This document shows positions 61,614 through 64,000 of a stretch of 64,000 nt of DNA, in pieces. The number at the start of each line of letters is the position of its first letter. Positions within the stretch are counted from its first letter, which is position 1. Where the stretch lies: the NCBI GenBank assembly GCA_902521325.1, contig CABYRE010000005.1:9115-73114 (forward strand), in the 5' to 3' direction. The translations under genes were made by a program, and so were the position numbers. The stretch comes from an uncultured Alphaproteobacteria bacterium. GTDB lineage: Bacteria; Pseudomonadota; Alphaproteobacteria; HIMB59; GCA-002718135. A model generated the notes under the pieces. That model was not told where the DNA came from and did not search any database. It saw only the letters and a program-made list of their open reading frames with translations.

Positions 61614-62387
61614 ATGCATATCAATATTGAAAAGGTTTCTCATCAATATGAAACTAGACAAGGTATGCTTCCTGTTTTAAAGGATCTTTCCCTATCAGTT
61701 AAAAGAAAAGGTTTTACTGCTATAGTTGGGCCTTCAGGTTGTGGAAAATCTACAATAACTAGATTAATCAGTGGATTAATTAAACCAACTCAAGGTAATA
61801 TTTTTATTTCAAATAAAAAAATTACATCCCCACTTTCTACTATAGGAATGGCTTTTCAAAATCCAGTTTTGTTAGAATGGAGAAATGTAATTAAAAATAT
61901 AATTCTTCCACTTGAGATAGTATCAAAAAATATGAATTATAATCAAAAGAGATCGAATGCATTAGATCTACTTAAGTTAGTGGGATTAGAAGAATTTGAA
62001 AATAATTTACCATCTGAATTATCTGGTGGGATGAAACAAAGAGTTTCACTTTGTAGATCTTTAGTTCATAGTCCAGAGGTCTTAATTTTAGATGAGCCTT
62101 TTGCAGCTCTAGATGCATTTACAAAAGAAGATTTGTGGGACGTTATGCACAAATTAAAAAAAGAAAGAGACTTCACATGTATTTTAATAACTCATGATTT
62201 AAGAGAAGCTGTTTATTTAGCTGATCAAGTAATTGTTTTATCCGGAAGACCAGCTTCATTACAATACGACGTCAAAACTAATTTTAATGAAGAAAAAAAA
62301 ATCTCTGATTTATATTCATCAGAAGTTTCACAATTACTTGCAACACTTAGAAATCAAATCGAAATAGCTCAGAATAAAAATGATTAG
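61614..62387 (+). CDS. NitT/TauT ABC transporter ATPase
   Basis: GPSGCGKST, FQNPVLLEWR, LSGGMKQR, DEPFAALD. Confidence 0.92.
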   Translation: MHINIEKVSHQYETRQGMLPVLKDLSLSVKRKGFTAIVGPSGCGKSTITRLISGLIKPTQGNIFISNKKITSPLSTIGMAFQNPVLLEWRNVIKNIILPLEIVSKNMNYNQKRSNALDLLKLVGLEEFENNLPSELSGGMKQRVSLCRSLVHSPEVLILDEPFAALDAFTKEDLWDVMHKLKKERDFTCILITHDLREAVYLADQVIVLSGRPASLQYDVKTNFNEEKKISDLYSSEVSQLLATLRNQIEIAQNKND

Positions 62388-63138
62388 AATCAATAATTTT
62401 ATTATACCTTTATTTAGCCTTATAATTTTTTGTTTGTTATGGGAATTGTTGGTTTGGTATAATAATTGGCCAAATTATAAAATGGCTTCCCCTTCAGATT
62501 TATGGCCAGCATTTTGGAAATTTAAACATCTCTTTTTAATCTACGGTTGGGAAACTTTTTGGAGAACTGTTGTAGGATTAATATTGTCTGTTTTGGTAGG
62601 ATTAAGTTTAGGTATTTTGATGGGGTTTTCAAAAACTATTAGAATAGGCTTATATCCCATTCTTGTTGGTTTTAATGCTATTCCTAAAGCAACAGTAGTT
62701 CCAGTAATTGCATTAATATTTGTCGGTATGCACAATATGAATACAATTATAATTGTAATTCTTATTTCATTTTTCCCCATTTGTGTTTCAATTTCGATTG
62801 GATTGTCAACTTTGGAAAGAGAATATGAAGACATACTTTTATCTTTAGGAGCGAATAAATTTGAGATTTTTTATAAAATTGCTTTACCAAAAACATTACC
62901 AGAATTTTTTGGAGCATTAAAAGTATCAACAACACTCGCTTTTATTGGAACTAATTTGATGGAGATTATTGAACCACATGGAAAAGGATTAGGACATTTG
63001 TTTGATAGTGGAAAAATTAGTGCAGATTATCCATTAATGTTTGCAGTATTGATCACCTTGGCTGTTATGGGAATATTTTTATATTATATTGTTGTTTATC
63101 TTGAAAATATTTTTGCTGGTTGGGCAATTAGAAAATAA
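62380..63138 (+). CDS. NitT/TauT ABC transporter permease
   Basis: FNAIPK, SFFPI, LPEFFGALKV, GLG. Confidence 0.9.
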   Translation: MIRINNFIIPLFSLIIFCLLWELLVWYNNWPNYKMASPSDLWPAFWKFKHLFLIYGWETFWRTVVGLILSVLVGLSLGILMGFSKTIRIGLYPILVGFNAIPKATVVPVIALIFVGMHNMNTIIIVILISFFPICVSISIGLSTLEREYEDILLSLGANKFEIFYKIALPKTLPEFFGALKVSTTLAFIGTNLMEIIEPHGKGLGHLFDSGKISADYPLMFAVLITLAVMGIFLYYIVVYLENIFAGWAIRK

Positions 63139-63191
63139 AGTGTAGAAAGATTAAGTTTAATAATACAAATTATTAAACAAAATTATTAATA

Positions 63192-63521
63192 TTAATTTAC
63201 TAACTTAAAAATGTTTCGATTTAAAGATGATATAAGTGCGTCTAAACTTTCAAATTTCTTATTTTGATTTTTAGATTTTAAATTGTAAAAAATTTTTCTT
63301 TTTTTTCTCTCCAATGATTTATTAAGTATGCATTCTGGAGCCGCTAGACTATGCTTAAATATATAAAAAAATGCATTATTTTTATTAAAATCAATAGCAT
63401 AATCTTTCCACTCACCATTTGAAACTCCTTTAGAATAAAGATTTAGGATTTTGGCGAGTTCATCTTTGGAAAAGTAGAGATTGTGATTGTTAGTTGAAGC
63501 ACTAGATGTTACTAAGCCCAT
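63192..63521 (-). CDS. DUF2794 family protein
   Basis: F...EL..IL..Y...V..GEWKDYAIDF....A.F.IF motif. Confidence 0.8.
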   Translation of the reverse strand: MGLVTSSASTNNHNLYFSKDELAKILNLYSKGVSNGEWKDYAIDFNKNNAFFYIFKHSLAAPECILNKSLERKKRKIFYNLKSKNQNKKFESLDALISSLNRNIFKLVN

Positions 63522-63545
63522 AAATTAAGAATATAACAAAATTTT

Positions 63546-64000
63546 ATGCCTGTAAATGCCCCAAACGACAATTTAAATGTATTAGCGCCATCATTTAATC
63601 TTAAAAATATTGATCATAAGATGGTTTCTTTAGATAATACAAAAGGATTAAATGGTACTGTTATTGTTTTTATATGTAATCATTGTCCATATGTTAAAGC
63701 AATTGCAAGTAGATTAAAAAAAGATGCTGATGAGTTACTAGAGCACTCAATAAATACAATTGCAATTATGTCTAATGACGTAATTAACTATCCCGATGAT
63801 TCATTTGATAATATGAAAATTTTTTCTGATAAATATAAATTTAATTTTCCATATCTTTATGATGAAACACAAGAAGTGGCAAAAAATTATAATGCTGTTT
63901 GTACTCCAGACTTTTTTGGTTTTGATAAAGATCTTAAATTAAAATATAGAGGTAGAATAGACTCAGGTGTAATGAATGCAAATCTAAATTCAAATATTGA
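63546..64000 (+). CDS. Thioredoxin-fold AhpC/TSA-like protein (3'-partial)
   Basis: Read by eye: MPVNAPN...FICNHCPYVK...MSND...YPDDSF...FPYLYDETQEVAK.Y.AVCTPDFF; absent from the ORF track. Confidence 0.9.
   Translation, partial: MPVNAPNDNLNVLAPSFNLKNIDHKMVSLDNTKGLNGTVIVFICNHCPYVKAIASRLKKDADELLEHSINTIAIMSNDVINYPDDSFDNMKIFSDKYKFNFPYLYDETQEVAKNYNAVCTPDFFGFDKDLKLKYRGRIDSGVMNANLNSNI

Noticed and set aside
960-62834. Many 60-126 aa ORFs antisense to or overlapping real genes (e.g. 960-1145, 5045-5269, 8871-9209, 9166-9492, 23674-23895, 32230-32556, 46680-47060, 62541-62834)
   Set aside because: They are shadow frames of well-supported CDSs with no recognisable motifs.
1-64000. CRISPR arrays, IS or phage genes, defence systems, frameshifted genes, selenocysteine read-through
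   Set aside because: No spaced repeats, transposase or integrase motifs, or interrupted reading frames were seen by eye.

Overview
AT-rich, very compact chromosomal window from a genome-streamlined alphaproteobacterium. A marine SAR11/HIMB59-like organism is inferred from gene content, the alphaproteobacterial LexA box and AT richness, and is not confirmed. About 1-22.6 kb is a catabolic region for methylated osmolytes and C1 compounds. It holds an aldehyde dehydrogenase and a minus-strand run (Tat-exported family-5 SBP, homocysteine S-methyltransferase, atypical GcvT-like demethylase, FMN 2-hydroxyacid dehydrogenase, ThDP enzyme, transthyretin-like protein lacking YRGS, DMSP demethylase dmdA, OsmC, enoyl-CoA hydratase). 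It also holds an Opp/Prb-like ABC transporter, an SDR, betA, a RamB/PccR-type regulator, carnitine genes and an HD-domain diiron protein. About 22.6-31 kb is a polyamine cluster (aguAB, potFGHI, puuA/puuB-like). About 31-64 kb is mostly core genes (sua5, glmU, DAHP synthase II, nadE, gltX, cimA, rpsD, purB, map, tRNA-Leu, moaA, dksA, recA, alaS, icd, RND pump, rlmE, guaA, NitT/TauT ABC). No mobile elements, CRISPR arrays or rRNA were seen. The most notable observations are the dmdA-linked operon of unassigned enzymes, an unannotated 59-aa ORF sharing mirrored TTTGTAAA operators with the regulator, a probable AUU start codon on the ABC permease, and an orphan HD diiron oxygenase candidate.
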